Source of the DNA: a virus
Taxonomy: Duplodnaviria; Caudoviricetes
Reading direction: 5' to 3' (one strand)
IMG/VR virus record: IMGVR_UViG_3300033066_000276
Coordinates: 16,097 to 80,096 of that record
DNA: 64,000 nt
Part shown: in pieces, positions 45,814 through 54,811 of the stretch
Numbering within the stretch: position 1 is the stretch's first letter
Layout of the letters: each line of letters opens with the position of its first letter
Made by a program: the position numbers and the translations under genes
Notes under the pieces: generated by a model
Seen by the model: the letters and a program-made list of their open reading frames with translations, nothing else
What the model was told of the DNA's origin: nothing
Database searches by the model: none

Positions 45814-47197
45814 GACTCTTCCTCAATACTGTGCCTAGATCTATTTCGGACCCGATCAAGTTGATGATGTCTAGGCCAACGTCATCGCGGTAGGTATGTG
45901 ACCAGCAAGACACTTTCCTAGCTTGATCGTATAGCTCTTGTCGTGCATCGTCTATGCTAAAATTGTTAGCAGTCAAGATAACGGCTCGATCTTGCTGTAC
46001 GATGCGAACCGTTCCCTTCTTGTCGATGTAGCCCGCATCAAACAAGCGCTTTTGTACCACGATGGACAATTTGTCTAGGCCATGCACCAGGGCCAACATC
46101 TTGCCAGCCTTTTGCCCGACGAAGCTATCGTAATGCAGCAGACCAATGCTGACACTAAAGCCAGCGTCAGGATTAACTACTACATCTACATCGTCTTCTA
46201 TTGGCTCGAAGCCTGAAATATGCGCTAAGAAGCGAGCGTAGTGAACCATCGTTGAGATGATATGCTCAGTCGGGTAACCAAACCGCGTTGTGAACTCTAG
46301 AAAGTGTAGCTTGTTTCCGACCATGATCGTATTGATGCCGAAGAAGCCACGATACTCGCTGTCCTTCAAGTCTTGGGTAATGCTCTCGAAGAAACTTCTT
46401 ACGCGATAGGGTAGCTGATCGAACGGCACAAGCTGGCCTGCGGTTCCAGATTCACCTGAGAATACGCCGCCACGATTCTCATTGTTAACGCCCTTGTACT
46501 CACGATTGATGAAACAGAACTGCCAGAACCTCTGACCATCGAACCAACAATCGTAGCTGAACTCTTCGCCGCCAACGATTTGTTCTTCCATGAACACACC
46601 CTTCTCCCGCCGGAAGAAGTTGAAGTAATCCTGTTCGAGGAAGTCTTGGCAGTCGGCGCGGTTCGGTGGCAGCACTGTGTCCCAGGTGCCCTTGAGCAAG
46701 AAGTTCTTGGTCGGGTGCTTCTTTAATAGCTTGCGAGCGTCCTCGATCGTTTTAACGAATACGCCTTCGTGGTTCAGAGCAAAGCCGTGGGCTTCGGCCA
46801 ACACCTTACCAAAAGCTCTGTCGAGTTCCAGCTTGTTGGTGAATGTAGTTGGTCCAATCACGAAAGGATGGATCGAACGCAAGTAGTCAGCCACCATGCC
46901 CATCTGTTTGCCGTTGTAATCGCAAACGATGAAGTCCTTACCCTTGACGAAAGCACGTAGGTCTTCCAGCACTTGCGTGTGTAGTGACTTAGACAAGCCT
47001 CGATACTTGCGGCCTTCGTTCGCGATCTTGTAGGTACGCGGGTACAAGAACCTCAACCCCGAACTGTCTTTCAGTTCGTAGCGATTGATCCCTGCGATAA
47101 AGGCAGTGACCTTATGCCCTTCTTTCAGAAGTTGTTCTTGTAAGCCGACAGATGCCAGCATGTGACTGACGAAGCCGATGTTATACGCTCTGTTCAC
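45806..47197 (-). CDS. ATP-grasp amide ligase, PurD (glycinamide ribonucleotide synthetase)-like
   Basis: IGPT..TNKLELDRAFGK, FMEEQIVGGEEFS, REYK...GESG, YRGFFGINTI, LEFTTRFGYP (cf. PurD lEfNcRFGDPE). Confidence 0.8.
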   Translation of the reverse strand: MNRAYNIGFVSHMLASVGLQEQLLKEGHKVTAFIAGINRYELKDSSGLRFLYPRTYKIANEGRKYRGLSKSLHTQVLEDLRAFVKGKDFIVCDYNGKQMGMVADYLRSIHPFVIGPTTFTNKLELDRAFGKVLAEAHGFALNHEGVFVKTIEDARKLLKKHPTKNFLLKGTWDTVLPPNRADCQDFLEQDYFNFFRREKGVFMEEQIVGGEEFSYDCWFDGQRFWQFCFINREYKGVNNENRGGVFSGESGTAGQLVPFDQLPYRVRSFFESITQDLKDSEYRGFFGINTIMVGNKLHFLEFTTRFGYPTEHIISTMVHYARFLAHISGFEPIEDDVDVVVNPDAGFSVSIGLLHYDSFVGQKAGKMLALVHGLDKLSIVVQKRLFDAGYIDKKGTVRIVQQDRAVILTANNFSIDDARQELYDQARKVSCWSHTYRDDVGLDIINLIGSEIDLGTVLRKSLD

Positions 47198-47924
47198 GGG
47201 AGTCCTTCTTTCTTGCCACTACCAATGCCGAAGTCATCATGCGTTCACCGCAACTAAAGAATTCAGATGGGACAGGGCTATATCGTTTCCGCTCAGCTTC
47301 AAATTGTTTGGCCGTAAGACGTTTGGCCCCTAGCGAGGCTAGGTGTTCGTAGTAGTCCTGTGCGTCAATGGCTTCAATGCCTATCTCCAAACACAACTGT
47401 TCGAGGTATAGCAATGCAGCTTTACTTGATCCGCTTTCGATAGTGAACATGCTTTCGATAGTCAGATAATTGGGCAGGACCAACCCAAAAAGTCCACCGA
47501 CTAGCTTCTCCTTGGGGTCCAAAACTTCAATACTATAGGCTCGTAGCTGATCGTAAAGTTCTCGATAGGCGTTTTGGGTAGGTTCGTCCAACCAGTCAAT
47601 GAGATCGTAACCATCTTCTGTGTCTTCTTCTTTGCGTTTGATCGTAGCACAGGTCTCAACCACTCGACCAAATTGCGCAGCGTCTAGGTTATTGACGTTA
47701 AGCATAACGAACCATTTGTTCTTACGCAATTGTTGGCTCGTGGTTTTGGACATGTGAACCGACCCAGGTTCAAACACCGCTCGTGGATTAGGGATCACCC
47801 AATCCCAGGTCTTGCCTTCCTTGGACGACTTGCCGTCAATCACTGCACCAAAATCTAGTGCTGACTCGTAAAGGGTCTTACCCTTAACGGATCGAGTGCG
47901 TTTGAAAACCTCTGCGTCAGCCAT
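47181..47924 (-). CDS. aat: Leucyl/phenylalanyl-tRNA--protein transferase (Aat-like)
   Basis: PNPRAVF, HMSK, W(L)..AYRELY..AYSIEV, LVGGLFG, ESMF..SGSSKAAL, IDAQ, EHLASLGA reproduce the Aat motif order. Confidence 0.9.
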   Translation of the reverse strand: MADAEVFKRTRSVKGKTLYESALDFGAVIDGKSSKEGKTWDWVIPNPRAVFEPGSVHMSKTTSQQLRKNKWFVMLNVNNLDAAQFGRVVETCATIKRKEEDTEDGYDLIDWLDEPTQNAYRELYDQLRAYSIEVLDPKEKLVGGLFGLVLPNYLTIESMFTIESGSSKAALLYLEQLCLEIGIEAIDAQDYYEHLASLGAKRLTAKQFEAERKRYSPVPSEFFSCGERMMTSALVVARKKDSREQSV

Positions 47925-48841
47925 TATACTCTCGCAATGATATGGGTCGGCATCAGGTGCTTGGCCTTCTTAGCGGTAGCTTGCTTGTTCGGTAGCAAGT
48001 CTAGGTCAGCTTCGTCGGCTTGATCTTCCGAGCGAAAGAACATGAAGTCTATGAAGCCTGCCTCTTTGGCAATATCGATGATTTCAGTTTCAGACCAAAA
48101 CCGTTGTGTCCATGGGCGTTCAACGTCCACCGTCACCGCCAACTTACCGTCCTCGTAGAACTGCATCTCATCGAACTTGGTGACCGCGCAGCAACCAATC
48201 CGATCGTAGGTGAACTCTCGATCAACGTTGACGTAGACGTAGCTGTGTGATTTTAGCCCGAGTTCGTCACGCAGCGGATGCTGATACGGGATCACCAGTT
48301 CTTGCATACACTCCGACTCATGGTAGTCGATCAGATCTTCAAAGCCGATACGATACCCATCCGGGGCAATATCAAAGTAGAAACCACCACCTGTCTTTAG
48401 CAGCCGCGCCATGTTGCTGAACACACGCTGCATCTTGGGGCGCGAATGGTTCCAGTTGTTGTCCATAATTTGTGGTAACGGGTAGAAGAAGGCGAAGATC
48501 ATATCGAAGGTTATGTCGGTCTTCAATGATTCAGCGTCGCCGATCATCACGTCTGGAAAGACCATACCACCGTACTTGCGAAGCTCATTCTTGTAGTAAG
48601 ACTTGATTGGGAAGGTTGCGTGCTGGCGGAAATAGCCTTCGTGCTGCGATCCTGCACCCGACATGATCTCAAGGAATTGGAACCCTTCTTTCGGCACCGG
48701 ATAGTTACCGTGATGCACGAACTCTTCAACCGTGCGAACCGCAGTCCATGCCTCAAGGTGTTTATCCATCGGTAGGCCACCGTAGAACAGGCGGTACAAG
48801 CCATTCGATGAATAGATATGCTCGAACTCAAACGTCTTCAT
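47924..48841 (-). CDS. Class I SAM-dependent methyltransferase (small-molecule / amine N-methyltransferase-like)
   Basis: FLEIMSGAG motif I, IGDAESL, FDMIFAFF, ARLLKTGGGFYFD, C-terminal RFWSETEI...EAGF. Confidence 0.85.
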   Translation of the reverse strand: MKTFEFEHIYSSNGLYRLFYGGLPMDKHLEAWTAVRTVEEFVHHGNYPVPKEGFQFLEIMSGAGSQHEGYFRQHATFPIKSYYKNELRKYGGMVFPDVMIGDAESLKTDITFDMIFAFFYPLPQIMDNNWNHSRPKMQRVFSNMARLLKTGGGFYFDIAPDGYRIGFEDLIDYHESECMQELVIPYQHPLRDELGLKSHSYVYVNVDREFTYDRIGCCAVTKFDEMQFYEDGKLAVTVDVERPWTQRFWSETEIIDIAKEAGFIDFMFFRSEDQADEADLDLLPNKQATAKKAKHLMPTHIIARV

Positions 48842-50019
48842 GGGTACACCATATCCAGTAGTTTTCTTACGTAGTCTTTAGGGGTGCGGAAAACCTCGCG
48901 TGGGTCTTTCAACGCATCGACACTTCCATTCAGGTCGATGGTATGACCCAACTCTCTAGCGATCTCCTGCAAGCCGCCTTCCATCTTAGGTACGATGGTT
49001 CGCACGCCAGCGGCAGCCATCTCAAGCAAGTGATAGCCAAACGTCTCAAAGATCGCCACCGGATGGTAGCTGATGCTTGGACGTAAGGTGCTCACCGCGT
49101 ACAAGTAGTTCTCACGCGACAACGCGGTCTCAACCTTCACCCTTTCCTTTACCGAAGGAGTAGCGTCGATCAACACTTTCAGCATGGCTTGATTGCTGTA
49201 GTCTGCGAACACATGCAAGCGAGCGTGTACATCTTCCTTGAGCCAATTGATAAGCTGTTGCAGATCGTGCTTGGCCCACGTCAGACTCGCCAACACTAGG
49301 TTTTCATTCGGCTCAGTGATCTTCGATGGAAGCTCAACCGGGCATGGGTTCCAGAGCTTGGTGATGCGAGTGTTGTCCATGTTGAAGCGGTAGGCCAAGT
49401 TATTAAGCAACGTCCGCACAGTATTGGTAGGACAAACTATGTTGCCGAGGATACCACCTGACAGAGTAGTAATGACCCAATTCATCACGTCGAAGTCGGT
49501 CAGATTGTTGACGATGCCTTCTTGCTTTGGAGCCAACTGCATCATAGAGTTCTTATGGTCAAGCACTCGCTCCTTCAACCGAGTACCGGCAAACAGCCCC
49601 TCAAAGTCTTCACGAGTGAGCAATTCGCGTGCGCCAACCACACGATCCTTACCCCACTGCATATCGATGAAGCCAACGTCGTGGATGACGTGGATCATGC
49701 GTTTGTTCAGAGTGTAATTGAACGTGTAGAACTCCATCGGCAGAAAAACCGGCTGGTTGACCACGATTAGATCGTAGTCGCGCAGCCGTTCCTTTAACCA
49801 GGGAAGAATTGTGAAGTGCTTGAAAGCGTGAGCAGCGTGAATAAGACCAGCTTCGGCGCGACGGTACATCTCATTCGATCGGTCGAGCATTTCCGTGTAG
49901 TCTTTGGTATCGACCGTGTAGCCTATCTCTTCGAAGCCATGCTTCACTGTTTCAGTATAGACACCAATGCCTGTGATCGCCGCGCGATTCTGGTTGGTGA
50001 TGATTAGAACTTTCTGCAC
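48838..50019 (-). CDS. GT-B (GT4-like) glycosyltransferase
   Basis: KVLII...TGIGVY..EEIGYTV, HVIHD, IVCPTNTVR, FETFGYHLLEMAAAGVRTIV...GGLQEI. Confidence 0.85.
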   Translation of the reverse strand: MQKVLIITNQNRAAITGIGVYTETVKHGFEEIGYTVDTKDYTEMLDRSNEMYRRAEAGLIHAAHAFKHFTILPWLKERLRDYDLIVVNQPVFLPMEFYTFNYTLNKRMIHVIHDVGFIDMQWGKDRVVGARELLTREDFEGLFAGTRLKERVLDHKNSMMQLAPKQEGIVNNLTDFDVMNWVITTLSGGILGNIVCPTNTVRTLLNNLAYRFNMDNTRITKLWNPCPVELPSKITEPNENLVLASLTWAKHDLQQLINWLKEDVHARLHVFADYSNQAMLKVLIDATPSVKERVKVETALSRENYLYAVSTLRPSISYHPVAIFETFGYHLLEMAAAGVRTIVPKMEGGLQEIARELGHTIDLNGSVDALKDPREVFRTPKDYVRKLLDMVYP

Positions 50020-50526
50020 CTAGTCCTCTTTATTTAGCTCAGCAAATATGTCCGTGCTATCGAACTCTTTTTCCCTCATTTTCGTCCATATAGTCTCTAG
50101 TTCAGCCGTGGTAGCTGACCGAAACTGTAATAGAGTTCTTTCGACGGAGGCTTTATCCCTAATGTATAGCTCCATGTAAATTTGCTTGGTCTGTTGACGA
50201 GCAGGAGAGTTAACGCTATCGCCCCAAACCCATTTCCACTCGATACCATATAGGTTAATTGCTGACTCTAATTGAAACCTATTCCAAAGTTCATCAACCA
50301 ATTTGGTCAGCAATTGATCTCGCAGTGGTGTGCCTAGATACGGTCTTGCTTTCGACAACCACCAACTCAAACGAGCAGTCAAAACAGCGTTCATTGCTCT
50401 TCGTGCAGCAGGCATACTCACAGTAAGGGGAAGGCTGGCAAAGTAAGAGCGCAGAGACTTATAGAGCATAGGTATATTGATGGCGTGGTACTTGCTTTCA
50501 AAATCATCTTCAGAAACAAGGGTCAT
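50020..50526 (-). CDS. Hypothetical protein
   Basis: 168 aa, abuts the glycosyltransferase start. Confidence 0.55.
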   Translation of the reverse strand: MTLVSEDDFESKYHAINIPMLYKSLRSYFASLPLTVSMPAARRAMNAVLTARLSWWLSKARPYLGTPLRDQLLTKLVDELWNRFQLESAINLYGIEWKWVWGDSVNSPARQQTKQIYMELYIRDKASVERTLLQFRSATTAELETIWTKMREKEFDSTDIFAELNKED

Positions 50527-50852
50527 GTGAGTTGTCCATCTTTGCGTAAGCCGCGTAACTTACGTGACCTTTTTACCAACTTCAACATCCGTTTGTTGCC
50601 ACGTTGACGAGCCACGAACTCCGCTGGTGCGAACTTATCCATTGGGATCGCACCATACTTGATAGCTAGCTCTCGCTTGCTCATGGCAATGTCAAAATGA
50701 ACCCAAGATGCCTTGGGTGGCTTTTGAATCCACCGACGGCTGACACCGATTTTGTCCACCATTTTCAGGAGTTCAATCTCAGTGTCAGCCCAAAGATGGG
50801 ACATCTTCATCCGCCCGTAGGGAATGAAAGCGTTGTCAACGTAGACAGCCAT
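50523..50852 (-). CDS. DUF4031-family protein
   Basis: MAVYVD...RMKMSHLWADT..EL...IG..RRWIQ...HFDI...RELAIKYGA. Confidence 0.85.
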   Translation of the reverse strand: MAVYVDNAFIPYGRMKMSHLWADTEIELLKMVDKIGVSRRWIQKPPKASWVHFDIAMSKRELAIKYGAIPMDKFAPAEFVARQRGNKRMLKLVKRSRKLRGLRKDGQLT

Positions 50853-51121
50853 TAGCGTGGAGGTGTGACCCCACCGCCGCCTGCTGCCGGTGTTGCTGGA
50901 GTATCGTCAAGCAACATACTGATTCCACCGATGATGATTGCGGCGACGGTGCCGGAAAGACCGCTAGCGACCAGTGCAGCTTGCAGCGTCCGCAGCAGCC
51001 ATTCCTTCGCACCTGGGAACTTGTTGAGGAACTTCAAGTCCTTCTTGATGTCCGCCGCCGACTTGGTGACGAATTGTTCTGGCGACATATCGCCCTTGAT
51101 GAGTTCAGATAGATTCGACAT
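50852..51121 (-). CDS. Small hydrophobic protein
   Basis: 89 aa with a hydrophobic segment (GTVAAIIIGGISMLL). Confidence 0.5.
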   Translation of the reverse strand: MSNLSELIKGDMSPEQFVTKSAADIKKDLKFLNKFPGAKEWLLRTLQAALVASGLSGTVAAIIIGGISMLLDDTPATPAAGGGGVTPPR

Positions 51122-51124
51122 GCT

Positions 51125-51346
51125 TTACTCCTTGGGTTGATCGTCCTTACCATGGACGAAGAAATAGTAGATTGGGATCGTGATGGGCATGAATACGAGT
51201 TGCCAATACTCCTTCCAAAAGTAGCGGAAATCAAAGACCAAACCACTGTCGATGCCCCGCATTCTCCACCAACAGTATAGTAACTCAAACGCTAGACAGG
51301 CGATCAGCCACACGACAACGAGGATGATGAACAATTCGTAGATCAT
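51125..51346 (-). CDS. Small two-TM membrane protein
   Basis: LFIILVVVWLIACLAFELL and WQLVFMPITIPIYYFFV. Confidence 0.6.
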   Translation of the reverse strand: MIYELFIILVVVWLIACLAFELLYCWWRMRGIDSGLVFDFRYFWKEYWQLVFMPITIPIYYFFVHGKDDQPKE

Positions 51347-51546
51347 TTGATCTCCGGTGGTGGTTCATCGTCATTGCGTTTTAGTGGCACGTCCAATCGA
51401 TTTTCGATTTCGATTTCGACGTCCGTAGGGCAAGTGCCTGGACCACGTGCGTCACCGATGTAGTGCGTTCGACCGCAAAAGACACAGTGTTCAGGTTGTA
51501 GACTACCAATCACCATCTGCTCTTCTCCACACGGCATAGATTTCAT
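51343..51546 (-). CDS. Small Cys-containing hypothetical protein
   Basis: HCVFCGRTH...CP; start uncertain. Confidence 0.4.
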   Translation of the reverse strand: MKSMPCGEEQMVIGSLQPEHCVFCGRTHYIGDARGPGTCPTDVEIEIENRLDVPLKRNDDEPPPEIK

Positions 51547-51653
51547 CGTACTGCCAGATGTTGCTGAGTTCGAGAATACTCAGGCACACCTTGAACGTCG
51601 GATCACCGAGCTTGATAATTTCAAAATCAGTGATATACTCGGGCAATGGACCG

Positions 51654-52007
51654 TTAGCCCCGTTCGGCTCCATCAGTCTTTGGATCGCTGTTAGGTCGCT
51701 GAGTTTCAGGCCCGGATACACTGTCAGTAGTTCCAGTGCTGTCCGTTCTAGCCGCTTGACTACCTCGGTCTGTTCCTGGGTCCATTCCCTTGATTTCGAT
51801 ACCGGGTACTCGACCGTCTCTGAGCGCACAAGCAAAGGTGTCTCGATACTCGTAGCGTTGGTTGTGTCGTCGGCAGTATTCACGAGCCTTCTCCTCTGTA
51901 TCAAAGGATTCGAGGAAGTCGTCATCAGCAGTTGCTACTCGCCAGAACTGAGGACGGTTTCGCGGTGTGATAAGCTCGTAGAACAACAGGCTCATCAGAA
52001 CTTCCAC
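51654..52007 (-). CDS. Hypothetical protein
   Basis: Likely start MSLLFYE overlapping the upstream stop. Confidence 0.45.
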   Translation of the reverse strand: MEVLMSLLFYELITPRNRPQFWRVATADDDFLESFDTEEKAREYCRRHNQRYEYRDTFACALRDGRVPGIEIKGMDPGTDRGSQAARTDSTGTTDSVSGPETQRPNSDPKTDGAERG

Positions 52008-52222
52008 TTCTTGCTGAGGACAATACCATCGAACGGAATGTCATCGTCGCCAGATGTGTCAAGGTGAAGTTGAATCTTGACGCCGCCGGGTGTGTCGAAT
52101 TTGATGTCTCGCTTGTCGAGTAGCATCTTCAACGCTTCGGTCACGTCGTCCTCAGTCAGTTGGATCTCACCTAGCGAACCGATGTAGTGGAGGTTGGCGT
52201 TAGGTGGTTTCTGGTTTTCCAT
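51995..52222 (-). CDS. Hypothetical protein
   Basis: 75 aa with GAGG RBS. Confidence 0.5.
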   Translation of the reverse strand: MENQKPPNANLHYIGSLGEIQLTEDDVTEALKMLLDKRDIKFDTPGGVKIQLHLDTSGDDDIPFDGIVLSKKWKF

Positions 52223-52458
52223 CAGCGTCTTCCTCTCGATCTCCCTTTGGGTTGTCCGTTTCTGGCTTCACCTCTTCAATAGGCTTGGCTTCATCGGTGG
52301 CGGGAATAGCATCACCGTTCTCTACGAACGGTCTATCTTTGTTGGTCATTGAACTCTCCATATGGACTACTTCAAATGCGTACTTGCCCAGATCAGGTTT
52401 AGGAAGCACGTAGTCTTCCTGTACGTTGAGTGCGCGGGCTACTGATCTTCTTACCCCG

Positions 52459-52680
52459 TCAATCATTCGTGATTGGACCTCCAGGGAAGTGATCGTCTTC
52501 AACCGGGGCTGTAGTTGTCGGTGTTTCAATTGGCGTGGATCGGAAGCACACTTCCTGTTGATTGATCTGACTCAAACCATAAGGAACGGCGACGAACGTG
52601 ATGAGTAGGATCGACCCTACGAAAAATGGAATCTTATACCACCAGCCGGGAAACTGTGACTTCTGTTGATGCTCACTCAT
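52459..52680 (-). CDS. Small membrane protein
   Basis: WWYKIPFFVGSILLITFVAVPYGL; TAATG coupling. Confidence 0.55.
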   Translation of the reverse strand: MSEHQQKSQFPGWWYKIPFFVGSILLITFVAVPYGLSQINQQEVCFRSTPIETPTTTAPVEDDHFPGGPITND

Positions 52681-53093
52681 TACTCGTACTCCACCAGCAG
52701 GATCGATGTTTCTTTGATGAACCGATCGGCTTCTGGTAGGTGATCGTCACAGATCACGGGCGTACCGAAGAGCATTCCGATCATACCAGCTTCCAGCAAC
52801 TTGACCATTGAGTAACGGTCGAAGAAGTTGTCGAACTCTTTGCCAGACAATGCCTCACGATCTTTGGCCGCAACTGCGAGTACGGTCTTGCCTAGATGTT
52901 TACGTTCTTCACCTTCTGCTTTCGACAAGGCATCGGCAATGGACGTAATGTCGATTGCGGGTACTGAGAAGAAAACAATGTTGGCGTGGTCTTCCTTGAC
53001 TTTGGCGAGGAAGTTAAGGTTAGCTTCGCCTGTGAAGTCTGGGAACTTGATTTTTCTAGGTGTGGTCATTCTATCTACCTTTGCTATTGACAT
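52680..53093 (-). CDS. 137-aa protein resembling the A-domain of the major capsid protein
   Basis: Ungapped manual alignment of its last ~65 aa to MCP (7752..7946) gives 16 identities, including FFD/WFD and G.IG...G..VI.D. Confidence 0.65.
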   Translation of the reverse strand: MSIAKVDRMTTPRKIKFPDFTGEANLNFLAKVKEDHANIVFFSVPAIDITSIADALSKAEGEERKHLGKTVLAVAAKDREALSGKEFDNFFDRYSMVKLLEAGMIGMLFGTPVICDDHLPEADRFIKETSILLVEYE

Positions 53094-53120
53094 CTTCCTT
53101 GACCAGTTCTAGTGCATCGA

Positions 53121-53690
53121 TCATCGCACGCACCTTCCAACGTGTTGCCATTTTTTACCTTTCACCGCCAAATGCATAGCAGACTGACTCACGTTAAATT
53201 TACGAGCCATAGCGGAAATACTACGAGTAGGATGATTACGTTTGTAAGTCCTACGCGCGTAAGCTACAATCTTTTCATCAAGTTTCGCAACACCATTTCT
53301 CGATCCCTTGTTGGCTCGTCCATGACGTTGTGTGTCTTCACAGTTTTCTTTGTGTGTACCATACTTTAGATTAGACAATTTAGAATTTGCACGGTCCCCA
53401 TCCAAATGTCTAACTTCTAATCCCTTAGGGCATGGTCCTCGAAACGTTTTTATCACCAAGCCATACACACTTCTATTGGTAACGTGGCCTTTCTTACTCA
53501 GTGAAACCATTGGATAATCTTTATCGCCAGGAGTCTGGCACAAAAGTTTTCCTTTATGGATACACGTTGTCCAAGTGCCCCACATATTTCTTTTGCGTAT
53601 CTTTCTAGTCAGGCTTCGCACTCGACCAAGATTGGATACTTGATAGAGATTTTTGTATCCTACTATGTCTTTCCAGATTTCTTTAGTCAT
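53121..53690 (-). CDS. NUMOD4-HNH homing endonuclease
   Basis: EIWKDIVGYKNLYQVSNLGRVRS, VRHLDGDRANSKLSNLKYGTHKEN; likely ATG at 53690; paralogue of 42805..43371. Confidence 0.9.
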   Translation of the reverse strand: MTKEIWKDIVGYKNLYQVSNLGRVRSLTRKIRKRNMWGTWTTCIHKGKLLCQTPGDKDYPMVSLSKKGHVTNRSVYGLVIKTFRGPCPKGLEVRHLDGDRANSKLSNLKYGTHKENCEDTQRHGRANKGSRNGVAKLDEKIVAYARRTYKRNHPTRSISAMARKFNVSQSAMHLAVKGKKWQHVGRCVR

Positions 53691-54255
53691 CGCTATAACG
53701 GGATTTTGTTCTTGGACCAGAGTCATTTTCCTGTTTAACAAGATTCAAGGCTTCGATGACTGCTTTAACACGCCAAGCAGCTTGGTCAATGTCATCGATT
53801 GCCATGTCAGCGGATTCAATCACCGCCTCAAGGCGTTTGGTTACTTTGAGTACCGGAGCTAGTACACGACGAATTGCTCCATCACGCTCAGCCGCCGTTC
53901 GCATTTCCTTGAGCAGACCCTTGTACTCGTCTTTCAAGTGATCGGCAGTTTCTTCAAAAGCCGCCTCAAGTATGCTCGACCAACGAAACACATGCAGCTT
54001 GATCTCCACCAAGCGACTACGGCGCGAACCATTTGACAGAGATACCTCCACCAAATGGCGCGACGCCGATTGCAATAGTTCACTGGCTGTGAGACTTCGG
54101 TCAAGGCGAGCCGCGTGTGTTGACTCAATCTCCTTGACCAAAGCTCTGGTGTCAGGCAAGTTCTTCGACGATGCCTTTTTCAGCAGCCGAATAACGTGCT
54201 CGTCTTCTTTAGCCCGACGAAGGAACGAAACGTTCTTTACGGTCACGTTGGGCAC
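53683..54255 (-). CDS. Coiled-coil protein, possibly UvsY-like recombination mediator
   Basis: All-helical; TAAERDGAI...IDDID...WRVKAVIE resembles the UvsY C-terminus; replication context. Confidence 0.35.
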   Translation of the reverse strand: MPNVTVKNVSFLRRAKEDEHVIRLLKKASSKNLPDTRALVKEIESTHAARLDRSLTASELLQSASRHLVEVSLSNGSRRSRLVEIKLHVFRWSSILEAAFEETADHLKDEYKGLLKEMRTAAERDGAIRRVLAPVLKVTKRLEAVIESADMAIDDIDQAAWRVKAVIEALNLVKQENDSGPRTKSRYSDD

Positions 54256-54620
54256 GCCCCCGGTTTAACCGTGATGATGTTGCGGAACCACGACAGGAAC
54301 GGAAGTCGGTATCCATTCACTTTGAAGCAATAGGTTTCACCATTACGGATGCGATTGGCTATGTCAGCCGAGTTGAATTTGAAGAACCACATATTGTCTA
54401 CGTCCTCGAAAACTTCGTTCTCGGTGTAGATCTTCCATGAGCACTCGGTAGACACACTACCATCGGAACCACTTGTTCTGCACTCACGTTCTGGTTCACG
54501 ATGCACCGTTGCGGTCACATGGTCCACACTGACGTAGTTGACAATAACCGAACTAGACAGCAGTGCAACGATAAGCACTCCAACCGCAATGATGCCGGTA
54601 AACGTTGTATCTCTATTCAT
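54243..54620 (-). CDS. Membrane-anchored DUF1523-like protein
   Basis: N-terminal TM; IYTENEVFEDVD..FKFNSAD...GETYCFKVNGYRLPFLSWFRNII. Confidence 0.55.
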   Translation of the reverse strand: MNRDTTFTGIIAVGVLIVALLSSSVIVNYVSVDHVTATVHREPERECRTSGSDGSVSTECSWKIYTENEVFEDVDNMWFFKFNSADIANRIRNGETYCFKVNGYRLPFLSWFRNIITVKPGACPT

Positions 54621-54811
54621 TAGTTAGCCTCACCCCACTTGTGCCATTCGCCATTTGGATACTTGATTGCATACAGGCCATAGCCACCGTTCTTCTTACA
54701 CCATTGCACGGCGGCGGCATAAGACTTGTTCTGATAGATGGCTTCTTCGTGATTGCGAACACCGGGTTGTCCAGGTTCGTTTTGATAGACGAAGTATGTA
54801 CCTTGTGCCAT
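54620..54811 (-). CDS. Small hypothetical protein
   Basis: 63 aa, TAATG-coupled. Confidence 0.5.
   Translation of the reverse strand: MAQGTYFVYQNEPGQPGVRNHEEAIYQNKSYAAAVQWCKKNGGYGLYAIKYPNGEWHKWGEAN

Noticed and set aside
45806-47197. PurD as a purine-biosynthesis auxiliary metabolic gene
   Set aside because: Divergent from canonical PurD (FGYP instead of FGDP, altered N-terminus), no other pur genes in the window, and it is embedded among transferases. A repurposed ligase is more likely, though not proven.
47181-47924. aat as evidence of host chromosomal DNA or contamination
   Set aside because: Same strand and TAATG/overlap coupling with flanking phage genes; no host housekeeping neighbours such as clpA or infA.
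51503-52529. Overlapping minus-strand ORFs 51503..51925 and 52200..52529 at their full ORF-track lengths
   Set aside because: Extensive overlaps with better-supported neighbours; only shorter downstream portions are plausible, so they were not annotated confidently.
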